Shown: positions 9,684 through 20,628, counted from the first letter of the stretch. The stretch is DNA of 64,000 bases from Candidatus Nomurabacteria bacterium (GCA_023898605.1 CP060230.1:387697-451696), one strand, 5' to 3'. Numbers and translations are program-made. Notes: generated from the sequence alone by a model not told the origin.

Positions 9684-10928
9684 ATGAAAGAAAAAATTAA
9701 AAACATGCTCCAGAAAACAGAAAAATACACCCAAACAGACATGGTTTATCTAACAAAAAATATAAGTTGGATTGGAATCGGTAAAGTTATTTCATCAGCG
9801 GCGTCGTTGGTTCTTGTGTATGTTTTTGGTAACTTTGTATCTGCAAATGACTACGGTACCTACCAATACATAATCTCAATTGCAGGACTTTTGGCAACTC
9901 CAACATTAAGTGGAATGAACACGGCAATAACCAAAGCGGTTGCCCAAGGTTTTGATGGAACAATTAAGGAAGGATTGCGGATAAAAATAAAATGGGGGCT
10001 TTTAAGCGCAATTGGAAGTATTGGTGCTGGAGCATATTATTTAATTCAAGGAAATCAAGTTCTGGGGCTATCTTTTATAGGGATAGCAATACTATTACCA
10101 TTCATGGACTCTTTTTCAATTTTTGCTAGTTATGTTGAAGGTAAGAAAGATTTCAAAAAAGCAACCTGGTACGGGTCAATAATTTCCATTGTTCGAGTCG
10201 CGACCTTAATAAGTATTATATTAATAACAAAAAATATTATTCTTATAACGGTTAGTTATTTTGCAATTACGACTCTTGTGCGAGGACTTATTCTATTTTT
10301 TATCCTCAAAAAAGAAAATTTAAATGATGCCATAGACCAAAAAGCAATCAGTTATGGCAAACATTTAAGTTTTATGAAGATTCTATCAAACGGGATTGTA
10401 TCGCTTGACAACATATTACTTTTTCAATTTCTTGGAGCAACACAACTAGCAGTCTACTCTTTTGCAAAAGCTCCTATAACAAAAATATCAAGTATGCTTA
10501 CTCCGATATCTACATTGGCCTATCCTAAATTTGCAGAAACCTCTGTAGAAAATTTAAAACAAACACTTCCTAAGAAACTTTTTCTTTTTTTATTTTTAAT
10601 GATCGCAATTACTATTGTCTACATTATCGCGGCTCCATTTCTATTTTCTATCGTACTACCTGAATATATGGACTCGGTAATTTATTCACAAATTTTTGCA
10701 ATCTCCCTAATTTTTCTTCCTCAAAAAATTGCAGTTTCTGCTCTAACAGCACACCACCAAAAACGAGCCTTGTATATAATAAATATTATAAATCCTATCA
10801 TAAGAATAGTTGCACTAATTTTTCTTCTCCCACTTTTTGGAATTATGGGAGTTATCATATCTTTTTTATTAGGCCTTCTTTTTAACGGAATTGCTTCTTT
10901 TTATTATTTCTTTAAAATGAAAGTTTAA
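9684..10928 (+). CDS. polysaccharide biosynthesis protein / oligosaccharide flippase (Wzx-like, MOP superfamily)
   Basis: roughly 12 predicted TM helices; typical position in a glycan locus. Confidence 0.6.
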   Translation: MKEKIKNMLQKTEKYTQTDMVYLTKNISWIGIGKVISSAASLVLVYVFGNFVSANDYGTYQYIISIAGLLATPTLSGMNTAITKAVAQGFDGTIKEGLRIKIKWGLLSAIGSIGAGAYYLIQGNQVLGLSFIGIAILLPFMDSFSIFASYVEGKKDFKKATWYGSIISIVRVATLISIILITKNIILITVSYFAITTLVRGLILFFILKKENLNDAIDQKAISYGKHLSFMKILSNGIVSLDNILLFQFLGATQLAVYSFAKAPITKISSMLTPISTLAYPKFAETSVENLKQTLPKKLFLFLFLMIAITIVYIIAAPFLFSIVLPEYMDSVIYSQIFAISLIFLPQKIAVSALTAHHQKRALYIINIINPIIRIVALIFLLPLFGIMGVIISFLLGLLFNGIASFYYFFKMKV

Positions 10929-11665
10929 TTCTGTCGAAAATTTGACTTTATTTTATGTCGATTTTTTTTAAAAAATTTATTGTACCGAGGATCACCTTTT
11001 ACATATTTAAGAGGAAAACTATTTTTCCAAACAACATAATTTAAGGAAAGCTGATCTCTTCGACTCCCTACTGACAATTCTTGCCACCAAGATTCCATCA
11101 AATTTATCACTTGTTCATTATTATGCCTTCTTAATAAAATCATAGTGACAGCAAGTCCGTTATTTTTAGGATATCCTTCATTTCTATATCTACTCACTTG
11201 ATTAATAACCACATCAGGATCATCCATATAAAACCCTTCTGCGTTCTTTTTTAGAATGTCTTCCGCCTCTTTATAGATACAATTACGCGCAAATTTTTTA
11301 TCTGTAATCCAAAAAAGACCTAGCCAACGCTTTTTTTGTTTTGAATGATCAAAGGTAACAAAAAAATATTTTTTCAAATACTTTTCAATCCAAATATTTA
11401 CATCTCCGGTAACAACCATGTTTCCATCTACCCAAACACTGATTTCATATTCTGGCAAAACCTTGTGTGCCATAATTTTGTAATATCGAGCGTTTCGAAC
11501 AGGATCTTTAAATAAAGGTTCCACAACACGAATATCCCAAACTTTTGACTCAAGATCTTTATTGTCAGTAAAACAGACAAAGTCAAAACCTTCCGGAAGA
11601 AACTCCGGCTCATGCAAGACATCTTTGTCTCCAAATATTGCTGTATATATAACTTTTTTTAACAT
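10925..11665 (-). CDS. putative glycosyltransferase-like protein (DUF616/TOD1-like, uncertain)
   Basis: IYTAIFGDKD-type N-terminal motif and VWVDGN; located inside the GT cluster. Confidence 0.35.
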   Translation of the reverse strand: MLKKVIYTAIFGDKDVLHEPEFLPEGFDFVCFTDNKDLESKVWDIRVVEPLFKDPVRNARYYKIMAHKVLPEYEISVWVDGNMVVTGDVNIWIEKYLKKYFFVTFDHSKQKKRWLGLFWITDKKFARNCIYKEAEDILKKNAEGFYMDDPDVVINQVSRYRNEGYPKNNGLAVTMILLRRHNNEQVINLMESWWQELSVGSRRDQLSLNYVVWKNSFPLKYVKGDPRYNKFFKKNRHKIKSNFRQN

Positions 11666-12765
11666 GTAAAAACTTCAATGTATCTTTTCATTATAACCTC
11701 GTGGTCAAATACTTTCACTCTTTCTTTTGCCTTTTTACCAAACATCTCTAGTTTATTTTTGTCTCCCAGCATGCCTACCATCTCTCCTGCGAGAGTATCT
11801 ACATTGTCCAGAGGATAATTTATACCGAACTCTCCGTTTCTGGTTATTTCAACTGCTGGCGGTATATCAGAAGCGATAACTGGAACTCCGCAAATCATAG
11901 CTTCTATCATGGCATTTGGCATGCCCTCATATCTAGAAGGCAGTACGTAAATATCCGATTTCGCCATAAATGCATAAGGGTTTTTTTGGAAACCTATTAT
12001 TTTGAACTTATCGGAAACCCCGGAAGAGATTGCCATTTTCTCTAGAACCTCTTGATCTTCCCCGTTTCCCAATATTATGAGTCTAGAGTCTATTTTCTCT
12101 TGAGACTTTATAAACGCTTCTAGTAGAGTAGTAAAACCTTTTTGCTCAGTAAGCCTTCCAACAGAAATAATCACTGGTTTATCTTTGTTATCCAGCCAAT
12201 CTTCTCCTGTTTTTTCTAAACTTTTGGACAAGATTTCTTCTGTTGGTTTTGGACTGTATATTGTTGTTATTTTAGAATCTTTGACTTTTACAACACTTCT
12301 AAAGTCATTTGTTATAAATTCTGAGTTACCTACTATAAGATCTGCAAACGGATAAAACATCTTTATTAAAATAGGCAAAATCCTTTCTCTCCAGTTGGCC
12401 TTGCTGCCACCTCTTGAGAAAGGTATGCCGAGTCTTAGTATTATCTTAGTATCGACTCTAGATATCATCTTTGCCCATATAGAAATAAGGTGTGGGTGCT
12501 TCGATATAGAAAGAAGTGCTTTTGGTTTGTTTTGTTTCAAGTATCTAATCAATTTAGGCAAAGAAAATATAATTCTATCTACATCTAAATCAACGATTTC
12601 AACATTTTTATCAACTAAATCTAAATACGGTCCTCTTTTTTTAACCAAAACTAAATCAACATCAAATCCTCTTTGTACGAGATCATTGGAAAGATCTACT
12701 ACTACTTTTTCACCGCCACCTCTATAAAGGTCAATTATAAAAAATGCTATTTTTTCTTTATTCAT
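11659..12765 (-). CDS. glycosyltransferase family 4 (GT1 group)
   Basis: EGMPNAMIEAMICGVPVIASDIPP. Confidence 0.8.
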   Translation of the reverse strand: MNKEKIAFFIIDLYRGGGEKVVVDLSNDLVQRGFDVDLVLVKKRGPYLDLVDKNVEIVDLDVDRIIFSLPKLIRYLKQNKPKALLSISKHPHLISIWAKMISRVDTKIILRLGIPFSRGGSKANWRERILPILIKMFYPFADLIVGNSEFITNDFRSVVKVKDSKITTIYSPKPTEEILSKSLEKTGEDWLDNKDKPVIISVGRLTEQKGFTTLLEAFIKSQEKIDSRLIILGNGEDQEVLEKMAISSGVSDKFKIIGFQKNPYAFMAKSDIYVLPSRYEGMPNAMIEAMICGVPVIASDIPPAVEITRNGEFGINYPLDNVDTLAGEMVGMLGDKNKLEMFGKKAKERVKVFDHEVIMKRYIEVFTC

Positions 12766-13759
12766 AATTATTTATACTTTTAGATAATTCTTTAATTTGT
12801 TCTTCTATATCATTCAATGGTATTTTTTCTAAAAACCTAATTCTTCCGTTTCTTTTTTCTTCTAAAACCTCTCTACTTGTACCGACAATATCATCTTTTA
12901 TTTTATACAAGATGGTTGCTTTTTTATTATAAAAAGGAAGCCAATGGGGTGTACCGTTTTCGGCAAGAACAAGTGTTCTTTTGTCTAATATATTTGCAAG
13001 ATGTGTTATGCCAGTGTCGACACCAATAAAAAAATTGGATTCTTTTATAAGTTGGGTTACAGCGTCTATGTCTTTTCCTGTAAAATCAAAAAAATCACAT
13101 CCCTCAATAACTTCGAGCTTTTTTGTGTCTTCAGAAGATCCTGTTATATATATATCGTAATTTGGAAAATTATTTTTTATGAAAAAAAATACACTTTTTA
13201 GCTTTTCATCAATCAGGCTTCTTCCTGCACTAGCTCCAAATGGATGGAAAACAATATATGGTTTTTTTTCAAAGTAAGAAATATTTTTTGTTTTTAAAAA
13301 CATATTATTTCTTGAAAAGGATATGCCTGTTTTTTCTGCAAGGTAAAAAAGTGATTCTATGTATAGAATATCAGTCCTGAAACTAACAACCTTGTTGTAA
13401 ATAAAAGAGTTTATTTTTGAACTGTCATCAAAACCAAAAAGTTTACTTTGAAAATTTCTAGAAATTATCCATGAACTAAATTTTTGATGCCATGGCAGCC
13501 TTGTAAAAGTTGGGGGTGTTATTACTATATTTTTTTTAAATAAAAAATTAAACAAATCATGAGGATACGATAGTAATTTTATATGAGGATATTCTGATAA
13601 AAACTTTTTCATAATGCCATTATTTCTACTGGTAGAAATAAAAAAATTAAAATCTTTATTTTTTTGATATACGCAATCAAGAAAAAGGAGTGTCATCAAA
13701 AAATCACCAATGGACCCATTTATAAAAAAAATAATATTTTTTTCTTTGTTTTTTTTCAT
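12758..13759 (-). CDS. glycosyltransferase family 9 (heptosyltransferase-like)
   Basis: IGVDTGITHLANILDKRTLVL resembles the GT9 signature. Confidence 0.55.
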   Translation of the reverse strand: MKKNKEKNIIFFINGSIGDFLMTLLFLDCVYQKNKDFNFFISTSRNNGIMKKFLSEYPHIKLLSYPHDLFNFLFKKNIVITPPTFTRLPWHQKFSSWIISRNFQSKLFGFDDSSKINSFIYNKVVSFRTDILYIESLFYLAEKTGISFSRNNMFLKTKNISYFEKKPYIVFHPFGASAGRSLIDEKLKSVFFFIKNNFPNYDIYITGSSEDTKKLEVIEGCDFFDFTGKDIDAVTQLIKESNFFIGVDTGITHLANILDKRTLVLAENGTPHWLPFYNKKATILYKIKDDIVGTSREVLEEKRNGRIRFLEKIPLNDIEEQIKELSKSINNYE

Positions 13760-14377
13760 CTATTTATGCTTTGCAATCAAAATAATAGTATCGAACAAAA
13801 TTGGATTTATAAAAAAACCAATAAAACGCTTTATAAAAACAAATGGATTATTTGACTTGAGTAAAGTTCTAAAAGAACCTGAGAAACCAGAAGAAGATTT
13901 TGTAAAAATCTTTATTGCCTCAAGTCCGGACTCAGAACACAAATTTTTATAAGATGATTTTGTAAATGGTCTTATGTGACTTGGATCGTTCCAAAAAAAC
14001 ACATTATGAAAAGGCACAAAAAGCCTAGTCCAGTTTGGAGATTCAATAAATATTCTCCCCTCTTTTTTTAAAACCGTTTTAAAACCCCTTACTATATCTA
14101 CTGGATACAAAATATGCTCCAAAACATGTTGGGATATAATTACATCAAATTTTTCTTCTAAAAAAATATTTGGTATATCCTTTACATCTCCTTCTTTAAA
14201 TACGATATCTTTAGGCAAGTTATGATTTTCAAAATCTACTGCATAAAAATTGATATGAGGACACTCCTTTTTTATAAATTTTAAATCTCTCCCCTTTCCA
14301 CAACCCGCATCAAGAACTTTTGAATGCTCTGGGAGTTCTTTCAAATATTTGATAATTGTGGGGGTACTTGTTCTCAT
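13760..14377 (-). CDS. class I SAM-dependent methyltransferase
   Basis: VLDAGCGKGRDL motif I. Confidence 0.7.
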   Translation of the reverse strand: MRTSTPTIIKYLKELPEHSKVLDAGCGKGRDLKFIKKECPHINFYAVDFENHNLPKDIVFKEGDVKDIPNIFLEEKFDVIISQHVLEHILYPVDIVRGFKTVLKKEGRIFIESPNWTRLFVPFHNVFFWNDPSHIRPFTKSSYKNLCSESGLEAIKIFTKSSSGFSGSFRTLLKSNNPFVFIKRFIGFFINPILFDTIILIAKHK

Positions 14378-14379
14378 TT

Positions 14380-15168
14380 TTATTTTATTTTATTTTTTAC
14401 CTTATTTAGAACTCTTTCAAAAAAACTTTTTTGTTCGTTTTTTAATTCCTCACCAGGTCTTTCTTTGAAGATAGTAGAGTGGGCCTCTGCCCTAGCTTCT
14501 ATGTCTTTTGCCGGAGACGTATAGTAATAAAGTGCAAGAGACTTTCTAGTCATGTCTTCCGGACAATTTATTGGATCTGGGTGACCATGAAAACTATCTT
14601 CAGATGTGGAAAAAATAGCAAGCCTATTAAAAATAGGCAGTACCTTTACCTCAGCCTTTGTCATATCTTTGTTCCACAGTTCAAAGTGTCCGCCATATTC
14701 TTCTTTCCAGTTATCATTTAAATACAAAAGAACATTTATTCTTCTTTCTATATGAAGTCTTGGGTACCAATTGAAGTCAACATGGACCTTTAGAAATCCA
14801 CCCTTTTTTATCTGGTGCATACCACCACCTCTGTAGTGAGGATCTGGAATTATACCTTCTATACCTGTAAGTTTTTCTAGAAAATTGATGAACTCACTAG
14901 AATTAAATTCTTTCAATGTCTCTCTTATTTCCGCGGGAAACTTAGTAGCATCTTCACATGCCATTTTGTATTGGTATTGATCTTTATAGTCTTTATTCCA
15001 TACATCAGAATCAACTTTTGGAAAATTATTTAGAAGTTCTCTTGCCAAATCTTCTGATAAAAAGTTATCAAAATATATATGCTGGCAAGGTTTTGCGTTC
15101 TGATACTTGGAACTATTTTGCTCCGCCAAGGTATTTAGCTTGTTATAGTCAAATTTTGTTTGATTCAT
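14380..15168 (-). CDS. 2OG-Fe(II) oxygenase (prolyl-4-hydroxylase-like)
   Basis: HVD...GGHFELW provides the H-x-D...H facial triad, with a downstream Arg. Confidence 0.6.
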   Translation of the reverse strand: MNQTKFDYNKLNTLAEQNSSKYQNAKPCQHIYFDNFLSEDLARELLNNFPKVDSDVWNKDYKDQYQYKMACEDATKFPAEIRETLKEFNSSEFINFLEKLTGIEGIIPDPHYRGGGMHQIKKGGFLKVHVDFNWYPRLHIERRINVLLYLNDNWKEEYGGHFELWNKDMTKAEVKVLPIFNRLAIFSTSEDSFHGHPDPINCPEDMTRKSLALYYYTSPAKDIEARAEAHSTIFKERPGEELKNEQKSFFERVLNKVKNKIK

Positions 15169-16184
15169 ATTTTTTCCAAAAGATTTTTTATAATAATTTT
15201 TGGAGTTAGTTTTTCTAAAAAAGTTTTATAGCCTGAAACAGCTACTTTTTCACAAATAGCAGGATTATTTTTTGCAAAAAGAATCCTCTCCTCTATACTT
15301 TTATCATTTACACTAGAGCAGAATATCACATTTTCAAGATCATGTAAAAGCTCTTTTGTTGCACTTGTTTCAAGTGTAACAACCGGCTTTTTAGAAGCAA
15401 GTCCTTCATATACCTTGTTTGGAATTACAATATTTGCTTTTTTTGTATCGCCAAAAATACCGAGCACCAAGTCAGCTTTTGACAAAACCAGAGAAATATC
15501 TTTATATTCAAACCTTGGAAAAAATTTTATATTATCAGAAACTTCTTTGGTGCTGCTTCCGTATATATGGAACTCTATATCTTTATGCTGCGATAAATTT
15601 TTAGCTGCACGTATTATTTTATCTAAACCGTGAAGCGGTGTTCCTATACCGTGAAAATGAACTATAAACTTATCACTTTTTTCCGAGACCATAGGGTAAA
15701 CTATTTTTTCATTTGCGCCAACATAAACAACCAAAAATTTTTTCTTTTTTACAAAAAACTTTTTAGAGATGAAATCTTTGTGAGAATTTGTATCTATAAG
15801 TATAACCGGTGAAAAAACAAGAGATAACCAGTCAAGAAACCAAAAATAAAACGCTTTTAAAGAAGTTTTAGAAAACTTTTTTCTGTCCTCAATATTAGAA
15901 TTATAAAGTGATACAAAAAAATCTAAAACTACCTTTTTACCAAAAAGGATTCTGGCAAACCACAAAACACTGTGTCCGGGAAAAAGAACGAAAACCTTGT
16001 CGAAATTAGAGTTTTTATTTTTTTTATACTCGCGAAATAATGAAAAATATTTTTTTAGACCTTTATTTTTTTCCGGGTCAACAACACACTCGTACACCTC
16101 TACCCCGTTTGAAACAAGACCGTCTATAATTACAGAATTTCTTGAATAATTTTTATCATATATACCAAATAATAAAATTCTCAT
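15165..16184 (-). CDS. glycosyltransferase (GT-B fold, family uncertain)
   Basis: N-terminal MRILLFGIY GT-B start and C-terminal IPNKVYEGLASKKPVV. Confidence 0.45.
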   Translation of the reverse strand: MRILLFGIYDKNYSRNSVIIDGLVSNGVEVYECVVDPEKNKGLKKYFSLFREYKKNKNSNFDKVFVLFPGHSVLWFARILFGKKVVLDFFVSLYNSNIEDRKKFSKTSLKAFYFWFLDWLSLVFSPVILIDTNSHKDFISKKFFVKKKKFLVVYVGANEKIVYPMVSEKSDKFIVHFHGIGTPLHGLDKIIRAAKNLSQHKDIEFHIYGSSTKEVSDNIKFFPRFEYKDISLVLSKADLVLGIFGDTKKANIVIPNKVYEGLASKKPVVTLETSATKELLHDLENVIFCSSVNDKSIEERILFAKNNPAICEKVAVSGYKTFLEKLTPKIIIKNLLEKI

Positions 16185-17206
16185 AAAATATGATCTTTAA
16201 TTTTTTTTATTAAATCAACAAGCTCATGATTTTTTGTTACAAAATCCCTTGCCTGACTATCGATACCTAGATCTGATAAATATTTTATTTTTTGTGCTAT
16301 TTCTTGTGGATTTTCTGAACACTTATTTTTTTCTGGCATATATGACATAGCTTCATTCGAAGTTAGGACATTTAATCCGCAAGACATGGCTTCTAGGATA
16401 GCCTTGTCTAGACTTCCGGTCTTACTAAGGTTAACAAATATATTTGCATCATTATAAATAGTTGGGATCTTATCTTGAGAAATAGGACCTAAAAACTCTA
16501 CCCTGTCATAAATATTTAAACTATCTATGAGATTTAAAAGTTTTTTCTTATAATTTTTATCTTCTGGTCCAACTATACTTAATTTTGTTTCGAATCCTTC
16601 TTTTTTCAAAATAGATATAGCTTCTAATAGTGGTTCGTAATTTTTATAAATAGATACTCTTCCTATAGACACGATCTTTCTATGATCCCTGTCTCTATTT
16701 ATTACAGAAAACTTAGAGGTATCTATACCATGACCCATAATGTGTAGCTTTTTACTTGGCAATCTAAAACTTTCTTTTGAAGCAGAAAAAACACTATCAC
16801 AAAGCTTCTCAGCAAGGCGAAGTTTCATGTCGACGTTTTTGTGTGTATACCACAGAGCAATTCTCTTCCCCATCATTTTCCAGAACACTCCGCCCAAAAT
16901 AACATATATCGGATTCATGTGAACAAAAACACTGTCATAATTATTCTTTTTTGAAAAAATATATTTATAGAATCGAAAAAGATACTTTATTCTAGATACA
17001 CCCTCCTCTTTTCCAAGTGACAGAACTTCTACATTGCTAGGCAGATTATATTCTCCTTTTTTGAGACACACTACAATTACAGACTCAAAGTTTTTGGCAA
17101 ATTCCAAAATCCACGAGTGAAAAAATCCCAAAATTGGATCATTTTTGTCTACAATTTGTGTAATTATAAGAATCTTCTTTTTCATAATTAGATCGCCTTT
17201 TTCCAA
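16181..17206 (-). CDS. glycosyltransferase family 4
   Basis: DKAILEAMSCGLNVLTS. Confidence 0.7.
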   Translation of the reverse strand: MEKGDLIMKKKILIITQIVDKNDPILGFFHSWILEFAKNFESVIVVCLKKGEYNLPSNVEVLSLGKEEGVSRIKYLFRFYKYIFSKKNNYDSVFVHMNPIYVILGGVFWKMMGKRIALWYTHKNVDMKLRLAEKLCDSVFSASKESFRLPSKKLHIMGHGIDTSKFSVINRDRDHRKIVSIGRVSIYKNYEPLLEAISILKKEGFETKLSIVGPEDKNYKKKLLNLIDSLNIYDRVEFLGPISQDKIPTIYNDANIFVNLSKTGSLDKAILEAMSCGLNVLTSNEAMSYMPEKNKCSENPQEIAQKIKYLSDLGIDSQARDFVTKNHELVDLIKKIKDHIL

Positions 17207-18267
17207 TTTGAAACTATTCTGTCGTAATACTCTCCTTGGTTTTCATAAAAATTATAACTTCTGTTTTTCACACCAACTTTTAATGTGTGAAGTATGTCGC
17301 TCTTGTCTATTTCTTTCAAGATATTTCTTATAGCAGCATGATCTCCCGCATCATAAAGAAGTCCGTTTACCCTGTCGTCTATAACCTTGTCTGCTATCCC
17401 CACCCTGCTTGTTATAACAGGAGTTCCATTCTGAAGAGACTCTACTATCGCCATACCAAAACCTTCAAAAAAAGAATTATTCCAAAATACATCTACATTT
17501 CTCATATAAAACCCCAGATCAAAAGCCCACGGCCTAACTAAAACCCTGTTTTTTGAATCACTTTTTATTATGTTCAAAATTGCACCTTTCATGGAACCAT
17601 CTCCGACAACAACAAGTCCAGAGTTTTCCAAATTATCTTTTACAAAAATTTTAACACCTTCGTATATCCCCTTCTCTTTCTCAAATCTTCCAGAAAGAAG
17701 TATGGTTTTTTGGAACTTTTTTGTAAATTCTAAAAATTCCTCATCTTTGAATTGAGACACGAGGCCGGGGTTTTCGGTTATTATCGGAATTATATCTGAT
17801 GGAATACTTTTTACATCAAAAACTTTTTCTATGTTTTCTTTTGTTTTTTCTGAAACGTATCTTATGACATTTGATTTTTCCAAGACTTTTCTAGCCAAGA
17901 AAAAACGAATTTTTCCGAAAAAACTTTTTCTAAAGAATGGACTTGCAACATCTGTGTGGACTTGTGTATGAAGTTTTGCACCGAGAAACCTAGAGACAAT
18001 AAGCGAAACTACTCCTATAAAAAACGGGTCTTGGCTTGTAACCAGATCAATCTTGGAAGAAACCAGACTCTTTATCTTAAATGGAGAAAAAAGATTCTTG
18101 GAAACGGGGGTTATTCTGAATCCGTCACCTTCTATGATCTTTTTTTCACTACAGAGGCAAACAACTTCTAGGTAGTCCACCCTCTTCGCGTATTCTTTTA
18201 CACGCAAAAAAGTCGAGCTATCTTCTCGAAAAACTTTACTATCTCCACTTATCATCAAAACTTTCAT
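17188..18267 (-). CDS. glycosyltransferase family 4
   Basis: FEGFGMAIVESLQNGTPVITSRVG. Confidence 0.75.
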   Translation of the reverse strand: MKVLMISGDSKVFREDSSTFLRVKEYAKRVDYLEVVCLCSEKKIIEGDGFRITPVSKNLFSPFKIKSLVSSKIDLVTSQDPFFIGVVSLIVSRFLGAKLHTQVHTDVASPFFRKSFFGKIRFFLARKVLEKSNVIRYVSEKTKENIEKVFDVKSIPSDIIPIITENPGLVSQFKDEEFLEFTKKFQKTILLSGRFEKEKGIYEGVKIFVKDNLENSGLVVVGDGSMKGAILNIIKSDSKNRVLVRPWAFDLGFYMRNVDVFWNNSFFEGFGMAIVESLQNGTPVITSRVGIADKVIDDRVNGLLYDAGDHAAIRNILKEIDKSDILHTLKVGVKNRSYNFYENQGEYYDRIVSNWKKAI

Positions 18268-19361
18268 ATCTTTTCAAATATATTTATTATCTTCTCACCT
18301 GTTTTTTCAAAAGAGAAAAATTCTGAATCTTTCTTGGCACTAGAAGATATATCTTCTCTCTTCTGACTATTTTCTTCTAGAGAAAAAATCGCGCTTTTTA
18401 TAGATTCTGGGTCATCTGGGTTTATAAACACTCCGTTTTGTCCGTCTCGGATTATCTCTTCTAGATTTGAAACCCTGCTTGCCAAAACAGGAGTACCGAG
18501 CATCATAGCCTCAACAATCTGAAAAGAAAAGCTCTCGAACTTGGTTGGCAAAACAAAGTACATAGACTCTTTTATATACCTATATAGATCAGTTTGTGGT
18601 AGTGTGCCGGTAAATACAACTCTTTCACTTACATCCATTTCTCTAGCCAGCTTTTCTAGTGACTCTCTTTCTGGTCCATCACCAACAAGATGAAGTGTCC
18701 AGTCTGGCATCTTGGAAATAACTTGGATCAAAACACCGAAGTTCTTCCATGGTACAAATCTTCCAGAAGAAATTATAGTCTTTGGTTTTTTGGGAATATT
18801 ATCATACAGACTTTCATCTATCTTTGGCACGCCATTGTACACGACTTCCATTTTGTCTTCTATAATTCCCCACTTGGAAATAACACCGGCAAAGTACTTA
18901 CTAGGAACTATCACTCTAGTCGCCCTCTTTGCGACAAGCCTTTCTAGTTTTTTGAGTAGTTCTATTTTCTTGCCATATTTTTTTGTTTGGAAAACTTCTA
19001 TGTCGTCTGACACTCCCCACCTCTGTCTTGCTTGCTCCCATACATAGTCTCCAGGGATTCTCAAAACATATTTTCTACGCAGAACAAAACAAGCAATCAT
19101 TGTCGGAAGACCTACACTTAGTGTGTCTTGTACAAAAATATATTTTGAAGAAAGAATCTTCCGAAGAACTAGAAAAGTAAAATGTATATGTCTTATGCCT
19201 TTTGGGTATTTTCTAGAAACACGAAACATTGCGACGTCTACCTCCTCCCCCCTCTCTTCTAGGAAGTTTTTCAAAAGTCTTGCATAAGTAGCTGGACCAC
19301 CTATCTCGGGTGGATATATACCAGTTACTATTAGAAATTTTTTGCCTTTATTATTCATCAA
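18264..19361 (-). CDS. glycosyltransferase family 4
   Basis: ESFSFQIVEAMMLGTPVLASRV. Confidence 0.8.
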   Translation of the reverse strand: MMNNKGKKFLIVTGIYPPEIGGPATYARLLKNFLEERGEEVDVAMFRVSRKYPKGIRHIHFTFLVLRKILSSKYIFVQDTLSVGLPTMIACFVLRRKYVLRIPGDYVWEQARQRWGVSDDIEVFQTKKYGKKIELLKKLERLVAKRATRVIVPSKYFAGVISKWGIIEDKMEVVYNGVPKIDESLYDNIPKKPKTIISSGRFVPWKNFGVLIQVISKMPDWTLHLVGDGPERESLEKLAREMDVSERVVFTGTLPQTDLYRYIKESMYFVLPTKFESFSFQIVEAMMLGTPVLASRVSNLEEIIRDGQNGVFINPDDPESIKSAIFSLEENSQKREDISSSAKKDSEFFSFEKTGEKIINIFEKI

Positions 19362-20514
19362 ATATAACTCGCATCTTTGAGACGACCATCTCCCAAGTAT
19401 ACTTCTCTTCTACCATATTTCTAGCTCGGAAGATAATCTTGTTTCTGAGTGTGTCGTCTCGGAATCTAAGCACTGCGTCTCGTATAGAGTCTGGTTTTTC
19501 TACTTCGCAGAACACCCCTGTTTCGCCATCTACCAGAAAGTCCGGTATCCCGCCAACCGGAGTAGCCACAACCGGAAGTCCTGTCGCCATAGCCTCCAGA
19601 AAGGCGTTTCCTAGGCCCTCAGAGAGCGATGGGCGAATAAATACATCACTTATATACAAATACCCCGGCATCTCTCTATGAGGCACATAACCCTTCCAAA
19701 TCACCCTCTTTTCTACCCCCAAATTCAGGGCCAATTTGCGGAGTTTTTTCTCTAGTGGGCCAGAGCCGAGGATCAAGAATTTGTACTCTTTTGGCAAGAT
19801 AGCTAGCGCGCTTATTACATCCCCCACCCCGTTTTTCTTGACCAGCCTAGAAGAAGTAACTAGTAGTATATCACTCGGTTCTTTGCCGACTTCTTCTCTA
19901 ACTCTTTCCAAACTTATCGGATCGGGTTTCTCAGAAAATATACTTGTATCTACAGCGTTTGGTACAACAAAACTCTCTCCCTTGAAACCCATACTTTTTC
20001 CAAAGTCTTCTAGATATTTTGAAATCGCTTGTATTTTGTCTGCTTTCAGAAAAATCATTTTGAAAAGTGGATACACCAAAGCGACTCTTCTCTTGATATA
20101 CGGGATCGGATCACCTTCTTGCAGTGTTAGAAGAAACTTCACTTTTGGAAACTTGAGCTTGAAAAATAGCGCACCAAACCCTGCGTAGTTCGCCATCATC
20201 GCCCAAGTCATATCGTAATTTTCTTCTTTGTGGAGTTTCTTGGCATACCCGTACGAAGCAAACGGAAACATGTATTTCGACAAATGAAACAGTATCTTTC
20301 CGATAAAAGGTACGCCTAATAAATATGGTCCGACTCTATGCACAGTTACATTTCCTATCTTTTCTGTCTTCTCTCTATTTGTCCTCATGGTAACCATGTG
20401 GAAGTCAAATCTGTCGCCCAGTCTGTCTGTTATTTCCTTGATCGCAACCTCTGCTCCACCAACAAAATCTGGGTAATAGACCAAAGAAAACAGGAGTATT
20501 TTCTTTTTGTTCAT
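19351..20514 (-). CDS. glycosyltransferase family 4
   Basis: EGLGNAFLEAMATGLPVVATPVGG; its first 20 codons and 14 bp of upstream sequence are duplicated at 21998-22071. Confidence 0.8.
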   Translation of the reverse strand: MNKKKILLFSLVYYPDFVGGAEVAIKEITDRLGDRFDFHMVTMRTNREKTEKIGNVTVHRVGPYLLGVPFIGKILFHLSKYMFPFASYGYAKKLHKEENYDMTWAMMANYAGFGALFFKLKFPKVKFLLTLQEGDPIPYIKRRVALVYPLFKMIFLKADKIQAISKYLEDFGKSMGFKGESFVVPNAVDTSIFSEKPDPISLERVREEVGKEPSDILLVTSSRLVKKNGVGDVISALAILPKEYKFLILGSGPLEKKLRKLALNLGVEKRVIWKGYVPHREMPGYLYISDVFIRPSLSEGLGNAFLEAMATGLPVVATPVGGIPDFLVDGETGVFCEVEKPDSIRDAVLRFRDDTLRNKIIFRARNMVEEKYTWEMVVSKMRVIFDE

Positions 20515-20529
20515 AGGCTAATTATAGCA
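20456..20529. repeat. 74-bp perfect direct repeat copy A (5' end of the GT gene plus upstream 14 bp)
   Basis: read directly; identical to 21998-22071. Confidence 0.9.
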
Positions 20530-20628
20530 TTTTCAGATTTTTAGAGAAAAAAATACCTAATCTCCTTTACTCAATAACACCACATTCTTTTATAGCTTTA
20601 GCGTAGATCATAAACTTTCCACGCTTAA

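Noticed and set aside
9591-9734. N-terminal 48 codons of the GT ORF 8622-9734
   Set aside because: They overlap the divergent flippase gene start region and are low-complexity. The internal ATG (MTKRIL) at 9590 gives a normal GT-B N-terminus.
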